A stretch of 64,000 bases of DNA from an uncultured Planctomycetota bacterium (lineage in GTDB: Bacteria > Planctomycetota > Planctomycetia > Isosphaerales > Isosphaeraceae): NCBI GenBank assembly GCA_963845755.1, contig CAWJTV010000034.1, positions 224,001 to 288,000 of the forward strand. Direction: 5' to 3'. Shown here piece after piece: positions 55,825 through 64,000 of this stretch. Position 1 is the stretch's first letter, and each line of letters opens with the position of its first letter. The notes below the pieces were generated by a model. It did not search any database and was not told the origin of the DNA. It was given only the letters and a program-made list of their open reading frames with translations. A program made the position numbers and the translations under genes.

Positions 55825-58062
55825 GTGATCGAGCGACCCTTCGCTTGTGGAACCTCGTATCTCGCTCGGCCGAACGATCCGGCGCCGGCTCGGCGCCTGC
55901 GCCGATCGCCGTCCCGCCGTGCGCATCGGTCGCCTCGGGGGCGCGGAAGACTCTCTGGCGGCGCAGGCTCGCGACCGCGACGGCTGGAGAGGCTCCCCTC
56001 TCGCGTCCGGTTCCGGCCCCAGGTCGGCCTGCTCGAACAGCGCGCACTGTTGAGTGCCCTGCCCACCCTCACGGCGCTGAGGGCCTCGACCGCTTTTGCG
56101 GGCCTCGGACAGTCGGTCACGTTCACCGCGACGGTCAGCGACTTGACTGCGGGCGGGGCCACTCCGAACGGGGGAACAGTCACATTCAATGACCAGCATG
56201 GAGCGCTCGACAGGGCGACGCTGGTTGACGGCGTGGCGGCGTTCACGACCTCGAGCCTGGCGTTAGGCACGTATACCGTCACGGCCTCCTACGGGGGCAC
56301 GGCGGCCTTCGCACCGAGCGTCACGGGCACGATTGTCACCTCCGCCGGCGACGGCATCCCCAATTACAGCGGTGACAATGGGCCCGCGACCGCGGCCGGG
56401 ATCGTCTCTCCCTATGGTGTTGCCGTCGACTCCGCGGGCGACCTGTTCCTCTCCGGCGGAGGCGCCGGCAGAATCCGTGAGGTCGTCAAGGCGACCGGTG
56501 ACATCATCACCGTCGCCGGCGACGGCACCCCCGGCTACAGCGGTGACGGCGGGTCCGCGACCGCCGCCGAGCTGTACGGTGGCGAGGGCCTCGCCGTCGA
56601 CTCCGCGGGCGACCTGTTCATCGCCGACAACCGAAACAACGTGGTCCGTGAGGTGGTCAAGTCGAGCGGCGACATCTTCACCGTCGCCGGCAACGGCACA
56701 GCCGGTTACAGCGGCGACGGCGGGTCCGCGACTGCCGCCGAGCTGAACGGTCCCGACGGCCTCGCGGTCGACTCCGCTGGCAACCTGTTTATCGACGACG
56801 CGCGAAACCAGGTGATCCGCGAGGTAGTCAAGTCGACCGGCAACATTATGACGATTGCCGGCACCGGCACCCCGGGTTACACCGGTGACAACGGGCCCGC
56901 GACCGCCGCCAAGATGCGCCCCGTCGGCGTCGCCGTCAACTCCGGTGACAACGTGTTCAGCGCCGAGTACAACAACAACGTGATCCGTGAGGTGTTCAAG
57001 GCGACCGGTGACATTACGACCGTCGCCGGCAACGGCAAGGGCGCCGGCAACGGCGCCGGCCCCGGCACCGGCACCGGCGGTTACACCGGCGACGGCGGGT
57101 CCGCGACCGCCGCCGAGCTGAACTCTCCCCGCGGCGTCGCCGTCGACTCCGTTGGCGACCTCTTCATCGCCGACTTCAATAACAACGTGGTCCGCGAGGT
57201 GGTCAAGGCGACCGGCGACATCATCACCGTCGCCGGTAACGGCACCGGGGCCGGCACCGGCCTCGGCGGTTACAGCGGCGACAACGGGCCCGCGACCGCC
57301 GCCGAGCTGTCCGAACCCAACGGCGTCGCCATCGATTCCGCGGGCGACCTGTACATCGCCGACCTTGCCAACCACGTGGTCCGCGAGGTCACGCCGGCGG
57401 TAACCGTGACCATCACCCTAACGCCGACGCCAACACCGACCACGACGCCAACACCGACCACGACGCCAACACCGACCACGACGCCAACGCCAACGCCCAT
57501 CCCCGTGGGTCCGATTGGACCCACGGACACGACGCAAACTCACCTGACGGCAACGCCCAGGCCGGCAAACCTCGGGCGGCCGGTCACCCTGACCGCCACG
57601 GTCAAGAATCTCAAGCACGGCGGCGGGACGCCGATCGGTTCCATCACCTTTCGGGACGGCGCGCTGAGTCTGGGTACGGTCGCTCTTCGACGTGGCAAGG
57701 CGAGCCTCAAGACCTCAAGCCTGCCGCTCGGCCCGAATCCAATTCACGCCGAATACACGCCAAGTCAGGGCTTCGCTCCCAGCGCCGCGACCATCATCGA
57801 GAACGTCCGGGCACATCGATCGAGGATCAAGGCCACGCCATCGGCGGAGACCGGGAGACAGGCAGTCCCCTTGACGTCCGGGACCATTCGCATTGCCGGA
57901 GTTGCGGCGATTCCCGCTGGCGTCATTACAATCGTCGGTGGACCCACCGTCCTGGGGCCGATCGGGCCCGACTTGGCAAGTGCGGCAGGCAGCGACGGCA
58001 TCCCCGCAGCAACTCGTCACATCCGGACGAGGCTCTGGTCGCCTAATCCCGACCGGTCTTGA
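55825..58062 (+). CDS. Surface protein: LEPR-xLL motif, Ig-like domain, NHL-repeat propeller, TP linker, second Ig-like domain
   Basis: FRPQVGLLEQRALLS; GQSVTFTATV; six GxAVDSAGxLFIAD...VAGxG.GYSGDxG repeats; (TPTPTT)n; PVTLTATV. Confidence 0.9.
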   Translation: MIERPFACGTSYLARPNDPAPARRLRRSPSRRAHRSPRGRGRLSGGAGSRPRRLERLPSRVRFRPQVGLLEQRALLSALPTLTALRASTAFAGLGQSVTFTATVSDLTAGGATPNGGTVTFNDQHGALDRATLVDGVAAFTTSSLALGTYTVTASYGGTAAFAPSVTGTIVTSAGDGIPNYSGDNGPATAAGIVSPYGVAVDSAGDLFLSGGGAGRIREVVKATGDIITVAGDGTPGYSGDGGSATAAELYGGEGLAVDSAGDLFIADNRNNVVREVVKSSGDIFTVAGNGTAGYSGDGGSATAAELNGPDGLAVDSAGNLFIDDARNQVIREVVKSTGNIMTIAGTGTPGYTGDNGPATAAKMRPVGVAVNSGDNVFSAEYNNNVIREVFKATGDITTVAGNGKGAGNGAGPGTGTGGYTGDGGSATAAELNSPRGVAVDSVGDLFIADFNNNVVREVVKATGDIITVAGNGTGAGTGLGGYSGDNGPATAAELSEPNGVAIDSAGDLYIADLANHVVREVTPAVTVTITLTPTPTPTTTPTPTTTPTPTTTPTPTPIPVGPIGPTDTTQTHLTATPRPANLGRPVTLTATVKNLKHGGGTPIGSITFRDGALSLGTVALRRGKASLKTSSLPLGPNPIHAEYTPSQGFAPSAATIIENVRAHRSRIKATPSAETGRQAVPLTSGTIRIAGVAAIPAGVITIVGGPTVLGPIGPDLASAAGSDGIPAATRHIRTRLWSPNPDRS
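57427..57480 (+). repeat. 3 x 18-bp coding tandem repeat (TPTPTT linker)
   Basis: ACGCCAACACCGACCACG x3. Confidence 0.85.
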
Positions 58063-58097
58063 TCTCCCGGCGGAGAGGAAAAGACAGCCATGTGGGA

Positions 58098-58362
58098 ATT
58101 GGCGTGATGCCGATTTGGGACCTATGTACGGACGATCCCTGTCCCCGCCGAACCGGCGGGTTTTACAGATGTCGTTTGATGGCCAATCCCGACCAGGGGC
58201 CACCTCGGTCTCGTCAGGGATCACGTCTCGCCATACTGGTTTATCAGGGGAGTGACCCCACACAGCCTTATCCGACGTTGGTGATCCGAGACAGAGCGCC
58301 ACGCTTTTCCACGGCTTTGCGCCTTGGGGACAGATTCGACGTTGTTCGGCCCCTGGTCCGGA
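58098..58362 (-). ncRNA. Candidate IS110 bridge/seek RNA
   Basis: Two large hairpins on the minus strand: GACCAGGGGCC...GGCCCCTGGTC, and TTGGC...CCCGCCG-GTT-CGGCGGG...GCCAA. Confidence 0.5.
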
Positions 58363-58365
58363 TGG

Positions 58366-59940
58366 TCACTCTGTGGGATCAGCCTCCCCTGACTCCGGTG
58401 ATCTTACCAGGTTCCCCTCCAGTTTGGCCAAGATGGCGGGGAGAATCGTGTCTAGCTGGCGCGGTCCCGTTCCCCGCGATTTCGGGACCCGAGCCAGCTC
58501 CTCCGCCACAGCGGCCGCTTCCTCACGATGCGCCGTGTGCGGGAGTTGGGCCACTGCGGCGTCGAGGTTTCGCGAGAGCTGATCAGGTGGAATGATATGC
58601 TCAAGAGAAAACCTGATCAGTTTATCGAGGATGGGATCCCGCTGCTGAGCGCAGGGGTGTTGGAAGGTCATCCGACCGGCTACCATCTGGTAGGCGATCC
58701 GGCAGAACCGACCGGCGACCTGGACACGGACGCTACGGGCGTCCTTGCCCCTGAGCCGCCATCCCGCGGCCAGGACCGCGAAGTGATCATTGCATTTGAT
58801 CAAGTTATCTGCAATCGTGAGGATGGCGGATCGCAGGTCGCGATTGGCGTGTCGGACCAGCGCGCCGTCGCGACGATCGACCTGGTCGCTCTGGTACCGC
58901 GAGGGGAACAACCCGGCGCGGCCCGTAATCGCTCGGGCCTTGGTGTAGCGCTCGATCGGCCCCATCTCGCCGGCGAACTCGGCGGCCGAGACCACGTTGA
59001 TCCCGACGATGCCCAGCAGGAGCAGGTAGGGCGTCCCGGCCAAGAGCCCGGCCAGGTCACCCTCGACCGCCTGGATGGCTTGAGCCTTGGCGACCTGGTC
59101 GGCGTCGAGCTCCAGGAAGATGCGGTGATGGAGCGACGCCGGTTCCTCGGCCGACGGTGCCGACCGGGCCCAAGCGACGATCTTTTCCAGGGTGGACCGA
59201 TACACTCGGAGGCCGGCCTGTCGAACCTGTTGGCTCAAGCCGGCCAGGCCGATCTGGGCGATCGCCGCGGCCGAGCCGAGGTCCCTGGCCACCCAGAGGA
59301 TGGCCGGAGAACCGAAGAGATCGCCGACGCACTTCGAGTATCCTGGCATGAACGATTGAAGATGCTCGAGCATCTGCTGTTGGAGGACGACTCGCTTTTG
59401 CACCGAGGTGCGGCGGTGCCTGGCCAGCAGTTGGAGTCGGGCATAGACCGGGTCGGGTTCGGGCTCCAGCAGGCCGAAGCCGTTGACGGCGGCGCGGTGG
59501 ATGGCGGAGAGGTCGGTGTCGTCGGTCTTGTTGCCGGGGTCGGCGGGGAGTCGATACTGCTTGGTGGTGTAAGGATGAACGATGCGGACCTCGAACCCCG
59601 CCTTGCGGAAGCTGCGCTGGACCGGGCCGTGATAGCGACCGGTGCGCTCGACGACCACGATCACCTCCCGGATGCCGTGCCGGGCCATGGCCGCGCGAAC
59701 CGACGTCACGGCGGTCTCGAAGTCGGATCGGTTGTGTTCGACGGTGGTCGGCTCGAGCAGGACTCGGCCGTAGAAGTCGGCGAACATCATCCGGGAGCGT
59801 GCCTTGGCGCAATCGACGCACACCAAGCCGAAGTGCTCCGGTCCGACCGCTTGGACGCGCGGGTGAATGACCCCCCGAGGCTTATGAAGGGCATGCGGCT
59901 GCGACGGGCGACGGTTCTTCGACGGGGACTTGGTAGCCAT
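58366..59940 (-). CDS. IS110 family transposase/recombinase (524 aa)
   Basis: DEDD RuvC-like residues (VCVDCAK, VVERTGRYH, NKTDDTD); Tnp domain GINVVSAAEFAGEMG...AGLFPSRYQSD. Confidence 0.93.
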   Translation of the reverse strand: MATKSPSKNRRPSQPHALHKPRGVIHPRVQAVGPEHFGLVCVDCAKARSRMMFADFYGRVLLEPTTVEHNRSDFETAVTSVRAAMARHGIREVIVVVERTGRYHGPVQRSFRKAGFEVRIVHPYTTKQYRLPADPGNKTDDTDLSAIHRAAVNGFGLLEPEPDPVYARLQLLARHRRTSVQKRVVLQQQMLEHLQSFMPGYSKCVGDLFGSPAILWVARDLGSAAAIAQIGLAGLSQQVRQAGLRVYRSTLEKIVAWARSAPSAEEPASLHHRIFLELDADQVAKAQAIQAVEGDLAGLLAGTPYLLLLGIVGINVVSAAEFAGEMGPIERYTKARAITGRAGLFPSRYQSDQVDRRDGALVRHANRDLRSAILTIADNLIKCNDHFAVLAAGWRLRGKDARSVRVQVAGRFCRIAYQMVAGRMTFQHPCAQQRDPILDKLIRFSLEHIIPPDQLSRNLDAAVAQLPHTAHREEAAAVAEELARVPKSRGTGPRQLDTILPAILAKLEGNLVRSPESGEADPTE

Positions 59941-60293
59941 GGAACAGGACCTCCGAATCGAGTTGAGAAGAGACCCAACTCCCATTCTGGAAGTCTGATC
60001 GGGCGTTCAGTAGAAAAGATCCTTGACCCCCCCAGGCCCCCCCTGTTGTTGCTGGTCAAGAATCTTTAGTACCTCACTTCGCCACATACCAGGGGAGCGG
60101 AAACGGAGGTAACGGTCAAGGTTCAATCCCGGTTTGCGCGGGTCTGACCCCGACCTCTCCGCGCTCTGACCCGACCTCACGACCTCTCATAAGCGCTCCA
60201 TTGCTCCCCGCGAGCCCCTCTCTGATAATGGGAACGGCAGAGAAACGTCAAGCGTGGCTCGGCTCTCCCAACGAACGATCTGCGGATATTATT

Positions 60294-61268
60294 ATGAGCA
60301 TGAACGAGCAACGAACACTTCACTCGCGTTGGCAAACCGTCGGAGCCCTGGCTTTCGGGATAGGGCTCGGTCTCACGGCGTTCGCGACCTCCCAGGTCGC
60401 CGAACCGGCGGTGAAGAGCTCGGCCAAGGCCCAGGATTCCCCCGAGCCGTTCACCACCCTTAACGATGCGTCGCGGATCGCTTATCGTCTCGCCAAGAAC
60501 GCGGCGCTGGCCCGAAACGGACCGGTGATCTTCGTCGAGGGAGACGACCTCGTTCTCAAGCGAGGGGCCGAACGTAATAAGGTTCGGTTCATCCCCGACA
60601 TCTACCACACGATGAAGGCAATCTCGCACGTCGCGCTGGCGATCGACGTGACTCTCGCCGCACATGCCGACGAGAACCCTCTGAGCGATGAGGTTCTCAA
60701 GGATCTTGGCGAATACCGCGGCCTGTTACCACCCGTGATGGAGAAGCTCGCCACATCGGGACTCGATGGCGAGCATCGGGAACGTCAGAACGTGATTCTC
60801 ACGGAGTGCGCGGCCTTCCTCGATTCGGTCATCGAACGGCGGGCAGGCTCCCTGGCCGACCGCGTGGCGTTCGCCCGGCACATGTGGCCGTTGATGACGA
60901 GGAACGCCGGGTCCGCGGCCCGCCTCGCGCTCGATTCGCTGCATCGCCAGGTCAACACCTGGAAAGGACAGCTCTCAGCGGAGGAATGGAACCGGCTCAC
61001 GGTCGTGGTCATGGGGACGCAATTGCCACGCAAGGGCAACCTGGCCGTCCAGTATTTCGCGCGCCTGTTGGGCGAGCCGGGCGAGGGCCGGCGAATCATC
61101 TACGCCGAGGCTCTCTTCGACGAACAGCGCGCACTCGAGCTCCTGGCCACCCGACTCGTCAACACCCAGATCGGCATCGACTTCTTCAACGATCCCCTTC
61201 GGATGCACCGCGACTTGCTCTCCGACGCCGCCCAGGACTACCTTCCCATCCTGATCGATAAACCATGA
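60294..61268 (+). CDS. Secreted or membrane-anchored hypothetical protein
   Basis: N-terminal hydrophobic segment; intact ORF with YHTMKAISH and RMHRDLL motifs. Confidence 0.7.
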   Translation: MSMNEQRTLHSRWQTVGALAFGIGLGLTAFATSQVAEPAVKSSAKAQDSPEPFTTLNDASRIAYRLAKNAALARNGPVIFVEGDDLVLKRGAERNKVRFIPDIYHTMKAISHVALAIDVTLAAHADENPLSDEVLKDLGEYRGLLPPVMEKLATSGLDGEHRERQNVILTECAAFLDSVIERRAGSLADRVAFARHMWPLMTRNAGSAARLALDSLHRQVNTWKGQLSAEEWNRLTVVVMGTQLPRKGNLAVQYFARLLGEPGEGRRIIYAEALFDEQRALELLATRLVNTQIGIDFFNDPLRMHRDLLSDAAQDYLPILIDKP

Positions 61269-61380
61269 AGGAGTGCGCAAGCGGGTCGGTGAACTCGCAG
61301 GAATGCCCCCCTGGCCCTACCTTGACCCCTGGTCTCCGGAAACAAATCTTGACCCCTGGTCTTCCCTGGCCTTCGTCTCT

Positions 61381-61872
61381 CTATCTCTCCTTGGAGAACG
61401 CAAAGATTCGCAGATGGGAAACCAGCCATCGATCATCCCGCTTGACTCGGATTTGAACGAACGGAACCTTGAGAGGGTGGTCGGTGTGCGGCTCGAAGAA
61501 GCCACAGATGAGCAACATCTCCGGGTCCAGGAGCCGGGCATACTCGACGGTGTTCTTGGGTTTGAGGGCTTGAACCCCCGGAAAGGTGTCATTATATATA
61601 CCATTGAAGATATTTTTATAGAATTCTTCGATTGACACTCGGCCACTTCTCACTTCCGTCTTCGTCTCACCCTTGGTCTTGTTCGTCAGCACGATTTCGG
61701 CGTCTTCCGTGTAATTTGAGGCCATCGCCTTGGCGTCCTTGTCGCCGAACGCTTGGGCGCCCTTGTCGAGAATCTGCGCTGCAAGGGTCTTCGCGGCCTC
61801 GTCTGCCTGCTGGGCTCGGGTTGTCGGGACCAGCAAAGCCAGCACCGCGAGCGTTGAAACCAAGCGGATCAT
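61381..61872 (-). CDS. Secreted NTF2/SnoaL-like protein
   Basis: Signal peptide; AFGDKDAKAMASNYTEDA, GRVSIEEFY, VKRDDRWLV. Confidence 0.75.
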   Translation of the reverse strand: MIRLVSTLAVLALLVPTTRAQQADEAAKTLAAQILDKGAQAFGDKDAKAMASNYTEDAEIVLTNKTKGETKTEVRSGRVSIEEFYKNIFNGIYNDTFPGVQALKPKNTVEYARLLDPEMLLICGFFEPHTDHPLKVPFVQIRVKRDDRWLVSHLRIFAFSKER

Positions 61873-62546
61873 GAGTTCGCTCCACCTGAGGTTGTTTGGA
61901 TCGTCATCACGTGGCCCGAGTTGGCGTAGGCCGCCTCGAACCATAATCTTGCCTCCTCGTCATCCTGATAACACGATACGATACGGCGCAGAGGAGACCG
62001 GACCTGATGGAACCAGGACACGTCGCCGAATATCATAAGCAAAGGCATTTTTAATCCATAACTCGGACACACGAAAGGCGCCTCGTACGTGCGATATCCA
62101 AGGTGAGCATAGAGAGGCAGCATGTGGGGGCTGCAATCACCGTAATTCAGTCGAATTCCCCGACCTCGAGCGTCAACATAGACGGCCTCCATCAGTCGCA
62201 GGATCGCCTTCGAACCTCGGTATTCCGGGGCGACCATGAACCGGCTGGTCGTGCCGATGGCGGAGCGGCCGAAGCGGCAGAGCGCGGAGCCCATCCTGAA
62301 GCGTTGGACAAGGTCGGAAGGATCGGAGACGTCATCAAGGAATGTCGCCCGCAACGAGCCGACAACCGTCTTGTTGCTTAGCAACGCATACTGATAACTG
62401 CAATCGTCCAAAGAGTCGTGGAGGAGTCGCCCGAGATGATCCGCCTCCGGAGGCGAGTAACCCAGGTTCTCGACGTAGACCTGGTAACGAAACCGGAAGA
62501 GCTCGTCCCGTGAATCGAGATCGAGCCGGACGACATCCAGGGTCAT
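61869..62546 (-). CDS. GNAT-fold N-acyltransferase (FeeM / N-acyl amino acid synthase-like)
   Basis: ELFRFRYQVYVENLGY, LHDSLD, VVGSLR, SRFMVAPEYRG, PHMLPLYAHLGY. Confidence 0.75.
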   Translation of the reverse strand: MTLDVVRLDLDSRDELFRFRYQVYVENLGYSPPEADHLGRLLHDSLDDCSYQYALLSNKTVVGSLRATFLDDVSDPSDLVQRFRMGSALCRFGRSAIGTTSRFMVAPEYRGSKAILRLMEAVYVDARGRGIRLNYGDCSPHMLPLYAHLGYRTYEAPFVCPSYGLKMPLLMIFGDVSWFHQVRSPLRRIVSCYQDDEEARLWFEAAYANSGHVMTIQTTSGGANS

Positions 62547-63220
62547 TGTTGATTTCCCGGGTTAACTTCCTCGAACATCCGCACATAAAGTTCGACCGAG
62601 ACTTCCGCCACGTGATCGATGTCGGCACGATCCCGTTCGCTATCGGCGTATCGCTCGATCTGCTCGTCGAGTTCCCGGATGTGAATCTGATCCGCCTCGC
62701 CGTGACCGGCGACAAAACGAACGCCTTGGTCCGAGAGCCCCAGTTTTTGGCGCAGCTTCTGCGCGGCGCTCGGCCCAAGATCGTTGCCGACGGCCTCGAG
62801 GACATACATCCAGCCGAAAAGACCGACTGGGTTGGCATGCTCGGCGATGAAATACGTGTAACCGATCATGCCGGCACAAGAGGGAACGGGCCGCGCCGAC
62901 GCGATCTCCGCCCGCGAGCAGCCGAGGGCGAGAAGATCCTCGAAGGCCCACGAATCATGCCCTTGTTCTTCCCGGGCGTGATGGAGCAGGTAGCGGGAAA
63001 GTTCCCGATGGCTCGACATACAGCGACTGGCGGCCAGAGCCATCACAACCGGACTGTGCGGCGAGTACTGCTGAGCGATCTGCGACAAATATCGGATGTA
63101 ACGTCTCGGGAACGTCGCCAAGGTCTCCGGAGTACTTTCGTCCTCCAGAACCGACTTCACGAGCGGCGTCTTCCTGAGGCGAGCATCAAGCACTTTTCTC
63201 AACTCTCGTAGTCGGTCCAT
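62543..63220 (-). CDS. Heme-oxygenase-like di-iron oxidase (iron-containing redox enzyme)
   Basis: HAREEQGHDSWAFEDL..LG, GWMYVLE, FVAGHGEADQIH metal-ligand pattern. Confidence 0.85.
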   Translation of the reverse strand: MDRLRELRKVLDARLRKTPLVKSVLEDESTPETLATFPRRYIRYLSQIAQQYSPHSPVVMALAASRCMSSHRELSRYLLHHAREEQGHDSWAFEDLLALGCSRAEIASARPVPSCAGMIGYTYFIAEHANPVGLFGWMYVLEAVGNDLGPSAAQKLRQKLGLSDQGVRFVAGHGEADQIHIRELDEQIERYADSERDRADIDHVAEVSVELYVRMFEEVNPGNQQ

Positions 63221-63482
63221 GGATCCTCCATCAAGGTGGCGGAACTCGTATTGATGACACACTGTGTTCGAGAGATGAGACGCACGTCCCGTCCCGGCGG
63301 AGCGACGATCCATCGATCGCAGAGCCCGAACTGGGAACTCTCCGTCACGGGAGCGGACACAGATCGTCCGGAATCACTCCCACGTCAAATTAGATCATGA
63401 CGAATGGATCTTGTCCAGGTAGAATGTGACGATCGCCTGCGATTATCGTGGAGGGATACGATCCACTCAAGGCTGGCAAATC

Positions 63483-63525
63483 ATATATATTTCGATATAT
63501 ATTATTAATATTATAAAAATATAAT
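63483..63525. promoter_or_regulatory. Extremely AT-rich palindromic site upstream of the oxidase operon
   Basis: ATATATAT-TTCG-ATATATAT followed by TATTAATATTATAAAAATATAAT, in a high-GC background. Confidence 0.5.
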
Positions 63526-63661
63526 GTCCATCAGGAGTTGTGTTCGAATCTCATCGAATCAAGGAAGGGGGTCAGATGGACGAGGGGAAACGGGGACGGA
63601 GGAGGGGAAACGGGTACGCAACTTGTTTCCCAACCCTTGCTGGCGTGAAGGACTGGATCTC

Positions 63662-64000
63662 CTACACCGCCAGGTTCTCGGCCAGCCGGGGCGCCAGCTC
63701 GGGGATGGCGGTCGCCAGGACGTCCTCGATCCGCTTCGCCAGGGTGAATTCCATGTCCTGGCGAACAGATTCGGGCAGTTCGCCAAGGTCTTTCTCGTTG
63801 GCCCTGGGAATGACGACGCGGCGGATGCCGGCGCGGTGGGCGGCCAGCATCTTTTCCTTGATCCCGCCGACCGGCAGGACCAGGCCGGTCAGTGTGATCT
63901 CGCCGGTCATGGCGGTGTGGTCGCGTACGGGTAGCTTGGTGTAGAGCGACGTCAAGGCGGTCGCCATGGTCACGCCGGCCGAGGGGCCGTCCTTGGGGAC
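63662..64000 (-). CDS. lon: Lon protease, C-terminal part (runs off the window)
   Basis: PKDGPSAG catalytic Ser motif, [21 protein letters not shown]. Confidence 0.95.
   Translation of the reverse strand, partial: VPKDGPSAGVTMATALTSLYTKLPVRDHTAMTGEITLTGLVLPVGGIKEKMLAAHRAGIRRVVIPRANEKDLGELPESVRQDMEFTLAKRIEDVLATAIPELAPRLAENLAV

Larger units (their letters stand above)
58063..60070 (-). mobile_element. IS110-family insertion sequence (ends approximate)
   Basis: IS110 recombinase gene flanked by about 300 bp of structured 3' non-coding DNA and about 130 bp of 5' non-coding DNA; no clear TSD, as expected for IS110. Confidence 0.75.

Overview
High-GC (roughly 65%) bacterial DNA, almost certainly from a planctomycete (Isosphaeraceae-like, inferred from DUF1559, DUF1501, DUF1549/1553, DUF1552/1592 and LEPR-xLL proteins). 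The consensus has many 1-2 nt indels, so many genes appear split. Contents in order: (1) 0.1-14.2 kb, a type IV pilus/T2SS-like cluster (secretin apparently fused to two C-terminal LysM domains, short PilD, PilB, PilO, PilM-PilN fusion, major pilin, PilC, four minor pilins), directly followed by a methyltransferase/GT2/GT-C glycosylation trio. (2) A tandem PilZ protein. (3) A sigma70 promoter and cobalamin riboswitch in front of a lipoprotein and a DUF1559 pilin-like gene. (4) DUF1501/DUF1549-1553 and DUF1552/DUF1592 pairs, a poly-HAMP hybrid kinase and partner kinase, a PEP-CTERM protein, two TPR paralogs, several hydrolases and an Ig/NHL surface protein. (5) A large IS110 recombinase with a structured 3' non-coding region (bridge-RNA candidate). 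(6) A heme-oxygenase-like oxidase/N-acyltransferase/NTF2 mini-operon and the 3' end of lon. Most notable signals: the B12-riboswitch-controlled DUF1559 unit; lesions repeatedly falling at GTCGAC-derived sites, a probable DNA-methylation footprint; and a dispersed hairpin-plus-heptamer repeat family. All family calls are from motif recognition; no database searches were run.
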